Assembly: GCA_030390025.1 (NCBI GenBank)
Contig: CM059432.1
Location: 146,942,001-147,006,000 of the forward strand
Origin: Squalus acanthias
Lineage: Eukaryota
Length of the DNA: 64,000 bases
Direction of reading: 5' to 3'
Below are positions 12,898 to 25,208 of the stretch, piece after piece (position 1 is the stretch's first letter; each line of letters starts with the position of its first letter). The notes beneath the pieces are model-generated. The model did no database searches and was not told the DNA's origin. It worked only from the letters and a program-made list of their open reading frames with translations. Both the position numbers and the translations under genes were made by a program.

Positions 12898-13358
12898 CGG
12901 TGTCAGCTGTGGCTCAGTGGGTAGCACCCTCGCCTCTGAGTCAGAGGGTTGTGGGTTCAAGTCACACTCCAGAGACTTGAGCACAAAAATCTAGGCTGAC
13001 ACTCCAGTGCTGTACTGAAAGAGGTGCCGTCTTTCGGATGAGACGTTAAACCGAGGCCCCGTCTGCTCTCTCAGGTGGACGTAAAAGATCCCCATGGCCA
13101 CTATTTCGAAGAAGAGCTGGGGAGTTCTCCCCGGTGTCCTGGGGCCAATATTTATCCCTCAATCAACATCACAAAAACAGATTTTCTGGTCATTATCACA
13201 TTGCTGTTTGTGGGAGCTTGCTGTGTGCAATTGGCAGCTGTGCTTCCTACATTACAACAGTGACTGCGCTTCAAAAAGTACTTCATTGGCTGTAAAGCGC
13301 TTTGGGATGTCCTGCGGTCGTGAAAGGCGCTATATAAATGCAAGTCTTTCTTCTTTCT
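12898..13358 (+). mobile_element. Full-length tRNA-derived Deu-domain SINE (SacSINE1-like)
   Basis: Box A tggctcagtggg, box B gggttcaagtc; Deu-like core gtgccgtctttcggatgagacgttaaaccgaggcccc; L2-like tail ggcgctatataaatgcaagt(cttt)n. Confidence 0.85.
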
Positions 13359-13382
13359 TTACAATAACTTGCATTTATATAC

Positions 13383-13685
13383 AAAAGCAAAATACAGCGG
13401 ATGCTGGAAATCTGAAATAAAAACAGAAAATGGTGGAAATACTCAGCAGGTCAGGCAGCATCTGTGGGGAGAGAGACAGAGTTAACGTTTCAGGTCGATG
13501 ACCTTTTGTCAGAACTGGAAAAAGCTACGGATGTAACAGGTTTTAAGCAAGTACAGGGGCAGGGAAAGTGGGGGGGAGGAGAGGAAAGAACAAAAGGGAA
13601 GGTCTGTGATAGGGTGGAAGGCAGGAGAGATTAAATGACAGAAGGGATGATGGTGCGAAGCAAAAGGAGATGGTAATGGGACAGG
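13383..13685 (-). mobile_element. PLE family 1 pLTR fragment (hammerhead core mutated to CTGACAA)
   Basis: Reverse complement of the 49580-49860 pLTR. Confidence 0.8.
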
Positions 13686-13871
13686 TTTAACATTTTACAT
13701 AAAGATTTTACTATGTCCCTTTAATAGCATTGGTATGAGATCTTTGCGAGAGAGTTCTGTATGAATATGTGATAATGTAGTGCTTTAAATCAGTAATAAA
13801 ATGTTCAGAAGCTCAATGCACAGTAACTGCTCTTCTCTTTGTTGACAAAGTGGAAGTCCTTAAACTGACTT

Positions 13872-14747
13872 GGGCCGCGATTTTGCCGGCGCTCAGAGGG
13901 CGGGTTTGGAGGTGGGTCGGAGGTTAAATTCGATTTGATTGACGGCGGGTTCCGATCCCACCGTCAACCCGCCTCCAAACAGCTTTCCCAAGTGTCGGGT
14001 CCCCGATTTGCGAATGGACCCGACACCTTGCGGCGGGAAGCGGATTAAAGGCAATTACCTGCCTATTAACAGTAGTTGACAGCCTGTTTTTGGATTTCCC
14101 CGATTCTGGCTCGGGTTTCCTGACGTCCGGACACCACGCCAGGTAAGTGTGGCGTGTTGTGAGTCTGGTCTAATGTTTGTGGAATGATGACAGCTGCAGA
14201 AGTGGTGCGAAGGATCCAATGTTGCACATGGTGAGTTTCAGAGCAAAGAAAATGTTGGTTACTGCATTTTTAAAACATTTACAGATTTCTTTAGCTTACA
14301 AGTTTTTAAATCCAACTATACGTCCAGTGCCACCTCACTGGGAGAACCTCTCTCACCAGTGACAGATCACTTCTGTCACCTCACCTGCAGCTGCCATCTA
14401 TTCCAGCCTATGGAAGGAGTCATTGGAGATCCTGGGGGCAAGAGTTCACCTTTGTACAGTGATTGTCAGTGTTTTCAGCACCTAAATGCTGTCAAACACT
14501 GAGAAATCAACTGTCAAAATAAAATTGTGCGTGGTCCCTTTAAGGAAACCGGCAGATGACGCGTCATCAAATTATGTCATCAGACCCGCTTCCTGTTAAT
14601 TGGCCGGCAAGCCCGCAGGGCAGGGGCTTAACAAGGTCAATCAAGGGAAAATCACGTCTGTGGTGCGGATGCAACTGGGGGCGGGACTAGAAGCCGGAAA
14701 CTAGCTGTCCCGCACCCATCCTGACAATGATTACAAAATTACGGCCT
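13872..14747. mobile_element. Harbinger MITE related to 6010-7768
   Basis: TIRs GGGCCGCGATTTT ... AAAATTACGGCCT; shares ccggcgctcagagg and tgacgcgtcatcaaat blocks with 6010-7768. Confidence 0.75.
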
Positions 14748-14916
14748 TACACTTTCAAAGACCTGATCTATATGGAGTGCCAATGCCTTATTTTTATTTT
14801 GCATTGCTCATATTCTAGAGCAGGCATAAGCTGGAGTTTCCTGAGTTCTTTCTGTATCCCACAACTTTGTTCAGTAAGTAAACGTCAAGGGGACTGGGCA
14901 GCAGCTTAAATCAATG

Positions 14917-15506
14917 GGGGGAAAAAATTGGGTGGCTAATGTGGAGTGCTACTGGAACTGCTCCACCTCCTCGTTGGGGCACTACAACTGAAGATCGCGG
15001 TGCTACGTGCAACAGCGCCACATGTGTCGGCATGTAGCGCCGTGTCATTGCTGGCCTCCTCCCTTGAGTAAAGGGGAGGGGCCTAGTGCTGCGCGCACCG
15101 GGGCTCTGCTGGACCACCGGGGAGTGGGGTGCTGGGAAAACAGCCCGGCATTCAAGAGAAGTGCCAGGCTGAGCGATCGCGGCTGGCACCCCGAGGAAAA
15201 AAAGGGGAAGGGGGCAGGTGCTGGCAGTCGGCCAAAAAAAACCAGTCGCCACTGCAAGAACGCCCCCTGACTCTGTCGGAGATATCGTCCAGCGATAGGT
15301 CAGAGGGCGCAAAGGATGATTGCGGGCGGGGCACTGCGCACGGTGATGACGCCACAGGACGCTACCAGCTACCGCCGCCGCTAACCTCCTGCTGAATTTC
15401 ACGGGAGGCGTTAGCGGCGCCACGCCCGGGCGCTAGGGGATCTGTGCCCCGTTAGCGCCCCCTGGGGACACTAACAAGAGGCGCAAATCAACCCAATTTT
15501 TCCCCC
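14917..15506. mobile_element. Harbinger MITE (GGGGG-TIR family)
   Basis: TIRs GGGGGAAAAAATTGGGT ... ACCCAATTTTTCCCCC; 3-bp TSD ATG/ATG; inverted homolog of 26650-27338. Confidence 0.85.
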
Positions 15507-15579
15507 ATGTTCTTTTACTTTTGACCCTGGTTTACAATCCAGCTGAGAGCAATTGTATGAACATCTTCTGTCCTTGCAA

Positions 15580-15885
15580 GGACAAGGGGAGATCATATTA
15601 AAATTAGAGCTAGACCATTCAGGAGCAAATTCAGGAAGCACTTTTTCACACAAAGGGTAGTGGAAATCTGAAACTCCCTGCCTAAAAGGCTGTGGATGCT
15701 GGGTCAATTGGAGCTTTCAAGATTGAAATAGATAGATTGTGTTAAATAAAGGTATCAAGGGGTATGGGGCAAAGACGTGGAAATGGAGGTGAGTTGCAGG
15801 TCAGTCATTATCTAATTGAATGATGGAGCAGGCTTGCGGGTTGACTGTCCTACTCCTGCTCCTAATGTTCCTATGTTCCTAAGCT
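15580..15885 (+). mobile_element. CR1 LINE 3' end
   Basis: FFTQRVVEI*NSLP-like coding remnant and cctactcctgctcct...gttcctatgttcct tail. Confidence 0.75.
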
Positions 15886-16169
15886 CCAAGAGACTTAAAT
15901 TAAATGAATTGGACGGTCTCGATGCAGTGCCCAGAAGGAATGAATGCACCTGCACACAAAATTGTCTAAAATTGGGCTTTAAATTGGCAATGATGCTCAG
16001 ATCATAAAGATGTCTGAGGTGGAAAATGGAAGGAAAAGACACACTGATGAAGTATGGCTCCTTATCTGAGGCTGGGAATTCAGGAAGCGCAGAACCTAAG
16101 AATATAAAAAAGGTCAAGGACAAGTCCCAAGCTACCTCTAATTTAAGAGTGCTGGATGATGACCTTCTG

Positions 16170-16392
16170 ACCCTGCCATAACCCTTTGTTTTTTCATCCC
16201 CTCCCCCTTTTCCCAGCTTTATCCTTGCTTTAAATCTATTTCATTTCCTGCTTTTTTCCAGTTCGGACGAAAGGTCTTCAACCTGAAACGTTAACTCTGT
16301 TTCTCTCTCCACGGATGCTGCCTGGCCTGCTGAGTTTTTCCAGCGTTTTCTGTTGTTATTTCGGATTTCCAGCATCCGCAGTATTTTGCTAT
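16170..16392 (+). mobile_element. PLE family 1 pLTR fragment (hammerhead core mutated to CGGACGA)
   Basis: gaaacgttaactctgtttctctctccacggatgctgcc...cagcatccgcagtattttgc. Confidence 0.8.
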
Positions 16393-17999
16393 CGGAGAAC
16401 CCAGACCCAGTCTGGTTCACCTCCCATGTATGGCATTTTTTTGGTGGGTTTCGCTCCACCAAGAGTGAACCCACCATTGTCCAGCCGAAAAATCCTGGTG
16501 GTGCTGCAGCACCAGAAGAGGCGGCTGGGCAGTTAAAGAGGTACAAAAGGCCCAAATATTGGAAGCTCAGCTGTCTTGTCGGCCTTGATAAAGATCGAAA
16601 ACTAGAAAGGAAGGGAGGTGGGGAGTCAGATTTGGAGGGAGAGGAAATCTCTGCAAGACCCTCACCCTCTACGGACAGATCACAGGGCCAATGGCCACCT
16701 TACTCATGGTTGCCCTGGGAAGCAGCAATTAATGGAACCGACACTTGGGAAATCCTCTGGAGACTCAGGACTCGCCTCCCCCCGATCACCATTTATATGT
16801 AGTGGGTGGGGAAGTAGAGGCCAGTGGCTGTTCTGGTGGGAGCAGGGGAGGGAATAAAAGGTTGGGACAGTTCTATTCTCCAACGCCAATCCTGCCTGAT
16901 ATTGGGTGGGATCACAGGGGAGAATCTCATTGATGATGTCAAAGGTAAGAAAAGCTCCCGTTCTTTAGCGCTGATGTCCCTCAGCTTTATAATCACAAAA
17001 TACACCGAGCTCCCCAGAGAAAATAGTCATATCTCTGTTGAGCTTATGAGCCCATATAATCAAGGAGAAAATGTTGGGGGGTGGGGGGTTGGTCCAACTC
17101 ATGACCTGTCACTTTCTGAAACACAGATGCCGGAAAAATTGCTCAGAGTCGTTCCCGCTCGGCCGGCGTTACTTCACCGGCTGGTGAAACCCTGTAAATG
17201 GGGTTCCCACCACATTTCTGCTGAAGCATCATCGGCAGAGCAGGAGCAGCTCCGAGGAGTTTCCCAGCCATATTCTCTCTACCTTGGTCATAGCAACACT
17301 GCTGCTGGGAAGGGGGGTAGGGGATAACATTTTTAGCTGACAACATGAGAGAGATACTCCGTCCCCCCCACCCACCCCCAACCCCCCCCAATCAAATGCA
17401 CAACTCAAAACATCCCGCCAAGGGGAATATCAACCACACTGGCTTCATTTGCATGAATATTGCATCTTATAACCTAGCGTCAACACAGGAACATTTTCAC
17501 ATTTAATGCTCTGAGCACCTGCGAGGAGTATGTGTTGGATATTCATCGAATAAGGAAATAGCCACATTGAGCAGCTTGTACGCCCTGTTCCAAATCACTA
17601 ATGACTGACAATTAGGTCCCACAGGATTTCATTTTAGATACTTACAAATTAGATCAATATTCTTGACTGCCTTTGGCAAACCCTAATTAACTGCTGCGAG
17701 GAAGCTCCAGCATTTTATTGAAGCAAATCCTTGCGATTCTTTACGTTTTTCAGGTTTCTTACCTTGAGGCTAACTTGTGAGTACAACTTGTTTCTTTGGG
17801 TGTGAGCAAGATTCAAATGATAAAAATGCTGAGCCCCAAAAAGTGCAGTGATGGCAAAGAATCACAAATGATCATTTTAGGTGAGTGTCTGCGCATGTGC
17901 GAATGAGAATGTTGAGTGCTGCGAGTTTTGATTTTTTCTTTGCGGGGGTGCGAGTCAACATTCGTTGGGGCAGCCGGGTCTCTCATATTCACCCGTAAT

Positions 18000-19610
18000 G
18001 AGCCGCAAAAACAGAGCGGGTGAAATTCGATACCGCTGAAAAATGGGCACGGGCACCGCTCAAGGAGCGCAGGCAGCACGCCAACCTCATGCTGCCTGCT
18101 AATTATGACGATTGTAGCGCACAGCCTAGTGCTAAACGCACTGCTGACATACTGTGCGCTCAGCCGGGGGCCGAAGTTCCCAATGTTCGAGCGAGGCTAG
18201 CTTTGCTTAAAGCTCACCTTTAAAAGGTGCAGACTGCCTCGTGCTGAACCGAAGAACATAAGAAATAGGCGCAGGAGCAGGCCATTCGGTCCCTCGAGCC
18301 TGTTCCACCATTTAAGGAGATCATGGCTGATCCGATTTTGGCCTCAACTCCACTTTCCTGCCCGCTCTCCATGACCCTTGACTCCCCTGTTGTTCAAAAA
18401 TCTGTCTATCTCAGCCTTGAATAAAGCACTGTTACCATTTATGAGTGGTAGAAGGCAGCTCACCTTTAAGAGGTACAAATGCCTTTAAGAGGCACAGGCT
18501 GGTCAAAAATGGTGAAAGTGCTTCAGCACTAACACAAATGGCTCAACAGGCCAGGGAAGGGGCATCCAGGGTCTCGAACATAGCACTCGAGCTTTTGCAG
18601 GGGGTCAACACTGGAAGAGAGGTCCTCTACCCATAGGAAGCCCTCCAGAAAGAAGAATGTGGGACTAGATCAACGAGACGGCCACTGCCAGCAGTGTCAC
18701 CCCCCAGGACCTGGCTTCAGTGCCCAAAGTAGTTTCATGACCTCAGACGAGTGGTCAAGGTCAGTGAATGCATCTTCAAAAGCTGTCTCCAACCGAATGT
18801 ACCACTAGCCTCTCACACTGCCAATCACTCACCTACCAACAATCTCTACCAAACACGAGGCACACCTCACATCCTAGCTTCACCTCATCCCCTTGGAGGA
18901 GACTGTGCTGGCCATTCTCGGCAGGGGCATGGCTGAGCCCTTGGCCAGTGGTGGGGCTGAAAGAATACAAGATGCTGGTATCCTCATACATTATCGTCCT
19001 TCTCACATCCTACTCCCCCTTCATCCCTCAGTCTTTTCTGATCTACAAGCTGCACATGGTGTAAGCTAGCTTTACCGCCCTCCCCTCACCACAACCCTAC
19101 CCTTGTGCATTCCTCATTTCAGCCACCCAAGAAATGCAGCCTGCCCAGCCAATGGGTCAACAAGAAGAGGGAGAGGGGAGTGAAGAAGAAGAAACAGCGT
19201 CACTTGATTTGACACTCCCAGACACCAGCTCCTCGAGGTCGTCCTGCAAGGCCATTTACAGTGTCCCCCACTGAAGGTCAGCAGCCGTCAACCAGCCATG
19301 CTGCAGCCACTGGGGTAGCACTGCATGACATCACCAGGATAGGCAAAGGCATACACAAGACAGTCATTAAGGGAATGCACAAGGGTATTAGTTGATTTTT
19401 TTGAGGTAATATTGGATGCATATATTGGATTTGTTGGATTGGAAAGTTTTCTTTGTGGTGGCTTTTATTCCAGCATTGTCGCCAAGAGGACGCTGTGATG
19501 GTCAGTAACAGAGGGAAGTTAAGCTGTGGGACTAATGAGGAAAGGGGAATTGGGGTTGCGTTCACTAATACCGCAGGCAGATGATTTGATCCCCGATATC
19601 CCGGCCAGGA
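18000..19610. mobile_element. Harbinger remnant: Myb/SANT gene on +, transposase C-terminus on -; contains a CR1 tail at ~18253-18425
   Basis: ATG at ~18538 MAQQAREGASRVSNIALELLQGV...; ...HDLRRVVK|gtcagt; inverted homolog of 31770-32900. Ends not defined. Confidence 0.65.
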
Positions 19611-20449
19611 ATGGGCTGTGACGTAAGAAAACTACTAGGCACTTGGTCTAAGCATTAAACAAAGCTTTAATCAACTGTTTTACAACATGGAGGTCTAGTT
19701 GTGGCCTTCACTAGTTCTTGTTAAGAATGTCCTGCGCAAGCTGGGCCCGTGCCCGAGTATTTATACTCTCCCTGGACAGCGCCACCCGCAGGCCACTCAG
19801 TATTATTTCATAAGTCTTTCTTTCATGAATGACAGATTCAAGTCAGGCTGTCTGGGTTATCTCATTCCTCCTCTGCTTCTTCTTCCTCCTCCTCCTCCCT
19901 CTGTGAGTGGCTTGTCCCCTTTGCTGCCTCAGGTAAATGCCAGCCTTTCCATGTTGTGGGGGTAGGTAAACAAATTAGTGACATGCAGGTGAACACAGGT
20001 ACTGTCAATGAATGGATTACAACATCATTTAAATGAGGAGTCATGTAACTTAAACTGCCAACAGGAATTTTGTGTTTATTTTACTTTGAATTAAATCAAA
20101 TAGCTTACCTGCTCGTCTCAGAACCCACCATTTCCTTCAGAACATAAACTATGGAACAAACCCACCAGACCCATTCCTTCCACTGACCTACAGTTTGCCC
20201 AGTCATGATCTTCACCCAATCCTCCTGAAGTAAGATTCTCTCTGACCCACCAAAAGTTATCAAATGAAACTCCTGAATCCCATTCTAATATTACGTCCTG
20301 CACTATTCAGTACTGACTGGTTGATTTCCATGGCTGAACATGTTCAGTAGAGTTTGAATTGTTGGTCAGTTAAACCGAGGCAGGAACTGCTGCATCCAAG
20401 AGGTAGGTGGCTTTATACCTGCCTCCTGGATACAGGGACACTACCTAAC

Positions 20450-21197
20450 CCACCCCCCGCGATCGGAGACCCCCTCACGAGGCCTCCGATCGCCTTCCCG
20501 GGCCTCCGATCCCCACCATGAGGTGTCCCCCTGCCCCTTCCCCCCCCCCCCGTACCAATGATGCTGAGGCCGGCCACGATCGCCTCTCTCCCCCTGCCGA
20601 TCCCCGACCCCCGCCGATCCCTGACCCCCGCCGATCCCCGATCCTCAGCCAACACCCCCCCCCCCTTGCCGATCCTCCAACCACCACCTCCCCCTCCCCC
20701 CCCGCCAATCCTTGGTTAACACCCCCCATCGATGCTCCATCGACTCCCCCTTCCTGCGATCCCCGATCCCCAGCCAATACCCCCCCCACCCGCCGATCCT
20801 CCAACCACCGCCCCCCCCCACCCCGCCGATCCCTGGCTAACACCCCCCGTCGATGCTCCGGCGACTCCCCCCCCCCCCCCCCCCCCCCATCGACCCCCCC
20901 CTTCCTGCGATCCCAGATCCTCCACTGCCAAACCCCCGACCCCCCCCGCGATCTCTGACTGCTGACCCCCTAACCCCGCGATCCCTCCCCCGGACCGACC
21001 CCTTGCATCACCAGGCCTACCCGCCCGCAGCCAGCCAGCCTCTCAAGTTAAGGCGGGAATCCGAGATCTCACATGAAAATCAGGCCCTGCTGTTTGTAAA
21101 GTCGACAGGGCCTGTGGGAAACCTGGCTTCCCGAGTTTCCCACCTGCCTTGGAGGCCCCCCACCCCCAACCCGCCTCCCTGGAGAAAATTTAAGCCC
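20450..21197. repeat. C-rich degenerate tandem repeats (ccgccgatcc motif) inside a probable Harbinger-type MITE end
   Basis: Recurrent CGATC and poly-C units at 20450-21000; TIR-like AAAATTTAAGCCC at ~21185-21197. Confidence 0.6.
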
Positions 21198-22104
21198 ACA
21201 TCTTTCTCCTGGGCACTCTGCAGTCCTGGGGCCTTGACATTAACTTTAATAACTTCAGACCTTAACAATCACCTCCATTTTCATTACAGCAGTGGATAGG
21301 AGGAAAGGAAAATAGGAACATGGGAATTGCTAGATGAAAAAAGACCTAGGCCCATTTAGTTTGCCTTCTACCGTCCTCGTAATTGTATAATACGATGATA
21401 AATGAGTTGTTGACCAATCACAGCAATCAATCTCTACTAATTAGTCTACAACAGACTCAGACTGAGCCAAGGAAAACGTTCAGTGGTGCAAAGTTTTGGG
21501 AGTCATTGGTCAAAAGTTACCTGTTCCTCCTTAGCATGCTACACTTACCATGTCAATATAAGACAGGTCTTTTGGCATTTAGTGGAGGGGAAACGGGTTG
21601 TTTCTTTAAAAAATTGTTCTCTGTATATGGACAATGCTGGAAAGGCATATTTATTGCTCATCCCTAATTGCCTGAGGAGGTGGTGTTGGATCTTCTCCTT
21701 GAACCATCGCAGTCCATGTGACAATGTCCTCCCATGATAGTGTTAGGTAGGGTATTTCAGAATATTGACGCAGTAACAATAAAGTAATAGTAATACATGT
21801 CCAAGATAGGCTGGTGTGTTTCCTTGTGGGGAACTTGGAGGTGATGGTGTTTCCATGACATTGCTGCTCTTGTCCGTCTCAGTTCTAGAGGTCACAGGGG
21901 AGGTGCCAACTCCATCTCTCTCCCTGCCCACTGTCTGAGGCTGAACCAGACCATTCGCAACCTGGGCATCCTTTCTGACCCTGAGCTGAGCTTCCGACCC
22001 CATACCCTCTCCATCACCAAGATGGCCTACTGAAATGGTACTATTGAAGGTTGGAGGAGATGGCTGGTCATTCTCTTGTTTGAGATTGTCATTACCTGGT
22101 ACTA

Positions 22105-24510
22105 TATCATAGAATCATAGAATAGTACAGCACAGAAGGAGGCCATTCAGCCCATCGAGTCTGCGCCATCTCTTTCGAAGAGCAATCTAGTTAGTCCTAC
22201 TCCCATGCTCTTTCCCCATATTCCTGCAATTTGTTGTATCTATCCAATTCACTTTTGAAGGCTACTATTGAATCTGTATCCACCGCCCTATCAGGCAGCG
22301 CATTCCAAATCCTAACCACTCGTTGCGTAAAAAGTTTTTCCTCATGTCGCCTCTGGTTCTTTTGCCAATCACCTTAAATCTGTGTCCTCTGGTTATCGAC
22401 CCTTCAGCCATTGGAAACAGCTTCTCTTTATTTACTCTGTCTAAATCCTTCATGATTTGAAATACCGCTATCAAATCTCCTCTTAGCCTTCTCTGCTCCA
22501 AGGAGAACAACCCCAACTTCTCTAGTCTATCCACGTAACTGTAATCTCTCATCCCTGGAACCATTCTAGTAAATCTCTTCTGTACCCTCTCCAAAGCCTT
22601 CATGTCCTTCCTAAAGTGCGGTGCCCAGAATTGGACACAATACTCCAGCTGGGGCCAAACCAGTGTTTTATACAGGGTTAGCATAACTTCCTGGGTTTTG
22701 TACTCTATGCCTCTATTTATAAAGCCCAGGATCCCACATGCTTTATTACCTGCTTTGTTAACCTGTCCTGCCACCTTCAAAGATTTGTGCACAAACACCC
22801 CCAGGTCTCTCTCTTCTTGCACCCCCTTTAAAATTGTACCATTTAATGTGTATGGTCTCTCCTCATTCTTCCTACCAAAATGTATCACCTCACACTTCTC
22901 TGCATTGAATTTCATCATCCATGTGTCTGTCCATTCCACCAGCCTGTCTGTCTTCATGAAGTCTATTACTATCTTCCTCACTGTTTACTACACTTCCAAG
23001 TTTTGTATCATCTGCAAATTTTGAAATGGTGCCCTGTACTCCCCAAATCCATGTCATTAATATATATCAAAAACAGCAGTGGTCCTAGTACTGAACCTTG
23101 GGGAACTCCACTGTATACCTCCCTCCAGTCCGAAAAACAACCTTTCACCACAACTCTCTGTTTTCTATCCCTTAGACAATGATGCTACTGCCCCTTTTAT
23201 CCCATTGGCTTCAATTTTGCTAACAAGCCTAATATATGGCACTTTATCAGACGCCTTTTGAAAATCCATATAAATCCATATCCATATACGGCACGGCCCT
23301 TATTCAACCTCTACTACCTTATCAAAAAGCTCAATCAAATTAGTCAAACTCGATTTGCCCTTAACAAATCCGTGCTGGCTCTCCTTTATTAGTCCACGCT
23401 TGTCCAAGTGGCTGTTCATTTATCCCAGATTATTGTTTCTAAAAGCTTCCCCACCACCGACGTTAAACTGACTGACCTGTAATTGCCAGGTTTATCTTCG
23501 CTCCTTTTTGAACAAGGGTGTAACATTTGCAATGCTCCAGTCCTTTGGCACCACCTAAGGAGGATTGGAAGATTGTGGCCACCACCTCTGCAATTTCTAC
23601 CCTGACTTCCCTCAGCAACCGAGGATACATCCCATCCAGACTGGGTGACTTATCCACTTTAATTACCACCAGCCTGTCTAGTCCCTCCCCTTTATCTATT
23701 TTTATCTCATCCAGTATCCTTGCAACCTCCTTGTTTACCATAGTTTTGGCAAAGTCCTCTTCCTTGGTAAACACCGATGCAAAGTATTCATTTAGTACCT
23801 CAACCATGCCTTCTGTCTCCACCAATAGATCTCCATTTTGGTTCCTAATCGGCCTCCTCTGACAACCCTTTTACTGTTAATATGCCTAAAGAGGATCTTT
23901 GGATTCCCTTTTATGTTAGCTGCCAGTCTATTCTCGTACTGTCTCTTTGCCCCTCTTATTTCCTTTTTCACGTTTCCTCTGTACTTTCTATAGTCAGCTT
24001 GATTCTCCCTTGTATTATCAAGCTGACATCTGTCATACGCCTCCTTTTTCTGCTTCATCCTACTCTCCAACTCCTTCGCCATCCAGGGAGCTCTGGCTCT
24101 GGTTGCCCTCCCTTTCCCCCTTGTAGGAATGTACCTAGACTGTACCCAAACCACGTCCTCTTTAAAGGCCACCCATTGCTCCATTACATTTTTGCCTGCT
24201 GGTCTTTGACTCCAATTTCCCTCCTCAATTCGCTGAAATTAGCCCTCCTCTAGTTAAGTATTTTTACTCTAGATTGCTCCTTGTCCTTCTCCATAACTAA
24301 TCGAAACCTTATGATATTATGATCACTATTCCCAGAATGCTCTCCAACTGTGACATTCTCCACTTGTCCCACTTAATTCCCCAGGACTGATCAAGAAAAT
24401 TCTCCTGAGCACACTTCAGAAATTCCTCTCCTTCTCTGCCCTTAATACAATCACTGCCCCATTCAATATTGGGTAGTTAAAAGTCTCCCATTATCAGTAC
24501 TCGATAGTGG
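22105..24510 (-). mobile_element. CR1 LINE ORF2 (RT), decayed, 5'-truncated
   Basis: ORFs 22265-22981, 23463-23825, 23792-24184; (atcataga)n tail. Confidence 0.92.
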
Positions 24511-25208
24511 AGGAGGGGTCAGTGTGGAGGAGGGGTCCCTGTTCCAGATGGGCTGGCCATGAGCGCATCATCAGACTCCAGTTACACTGAATGAAACCCC
24601 AGATCCCCATTGCTCAGCACTTCCCCAGCTTACCATCCCCCTGTCACAGAACATCACAGCGTCCTCTTGGCCACAATGCTGAAATGAAAGCTACCACAGA
24701 ACAAACACGCCAAACATAATTTATAAATGATTAATCTCAATATTACGTAACATAGTCAGCTATTCGGCCTTGTGCATTCCAACACCCTTGACGTTCCAAG
24801 ATGGCTGCTGGACTGGCAGCTCCGTACTGAGCTGCTCCTCTCTTCAGCTCTATCCTTGGCCATTGCCATCCTTTGGCCTTTCTTCCCCCAATCTCCTTTC
24901 TTCCAATGCTTAAGATACCCTGCCTCTGATAGTGAAAGCATTTCAGCCCAAACTACAAGTTTAAAGTCCCCCCTGCAGGGTCCTCTGCCCATCCCCCCGG
25001 CCCGGCGTGTCTTTGTTCTCACTGAGCTCCTTCAACTGCTGGAACTCAGCTGAAACTTGACCTCCATCACTTGGATTCCTCGCGGACAAGACCTCGCTGC
25101 TCTACTGCTTGATTCAGCTGCTGTGACTCTGCTCTGCTATTCGGTCGCTTCAAGTTTTAAGCTGCTGAATTCTTTTCTCAAGTTGGTTTCTGAACTCCTG
25201 AACTTCTA

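Noticed and set aside
12898..12975. tRNA gene
   Set aside because: A/B boxes are present but run directly into the SINE body and recur with it; no convincing cloverleaf or terminator.
13478..16300. Active hammerheads at ~13478-13515(-) and ~16260-16296(+)
   Set aside because: Catalytic core is mutated (CUGACAA and CGGACGA), so these are counted as decayed copies.
16395..16930. Additional MITE-like tracts (also ~8270-8480, ~9020-9490, ~55415-55920, ~58580-58775)
   Set aside because: Composition suggests old non-autonomous elements, but I could not establish matching TIRs and TSDs.
20413..21299. Pro-rich / Gly-rich ORFs (extensin- or formin-like)
   Set aside because: Translation of low-complexity poly-C repeats, open in many frames, with no splice or domain support.
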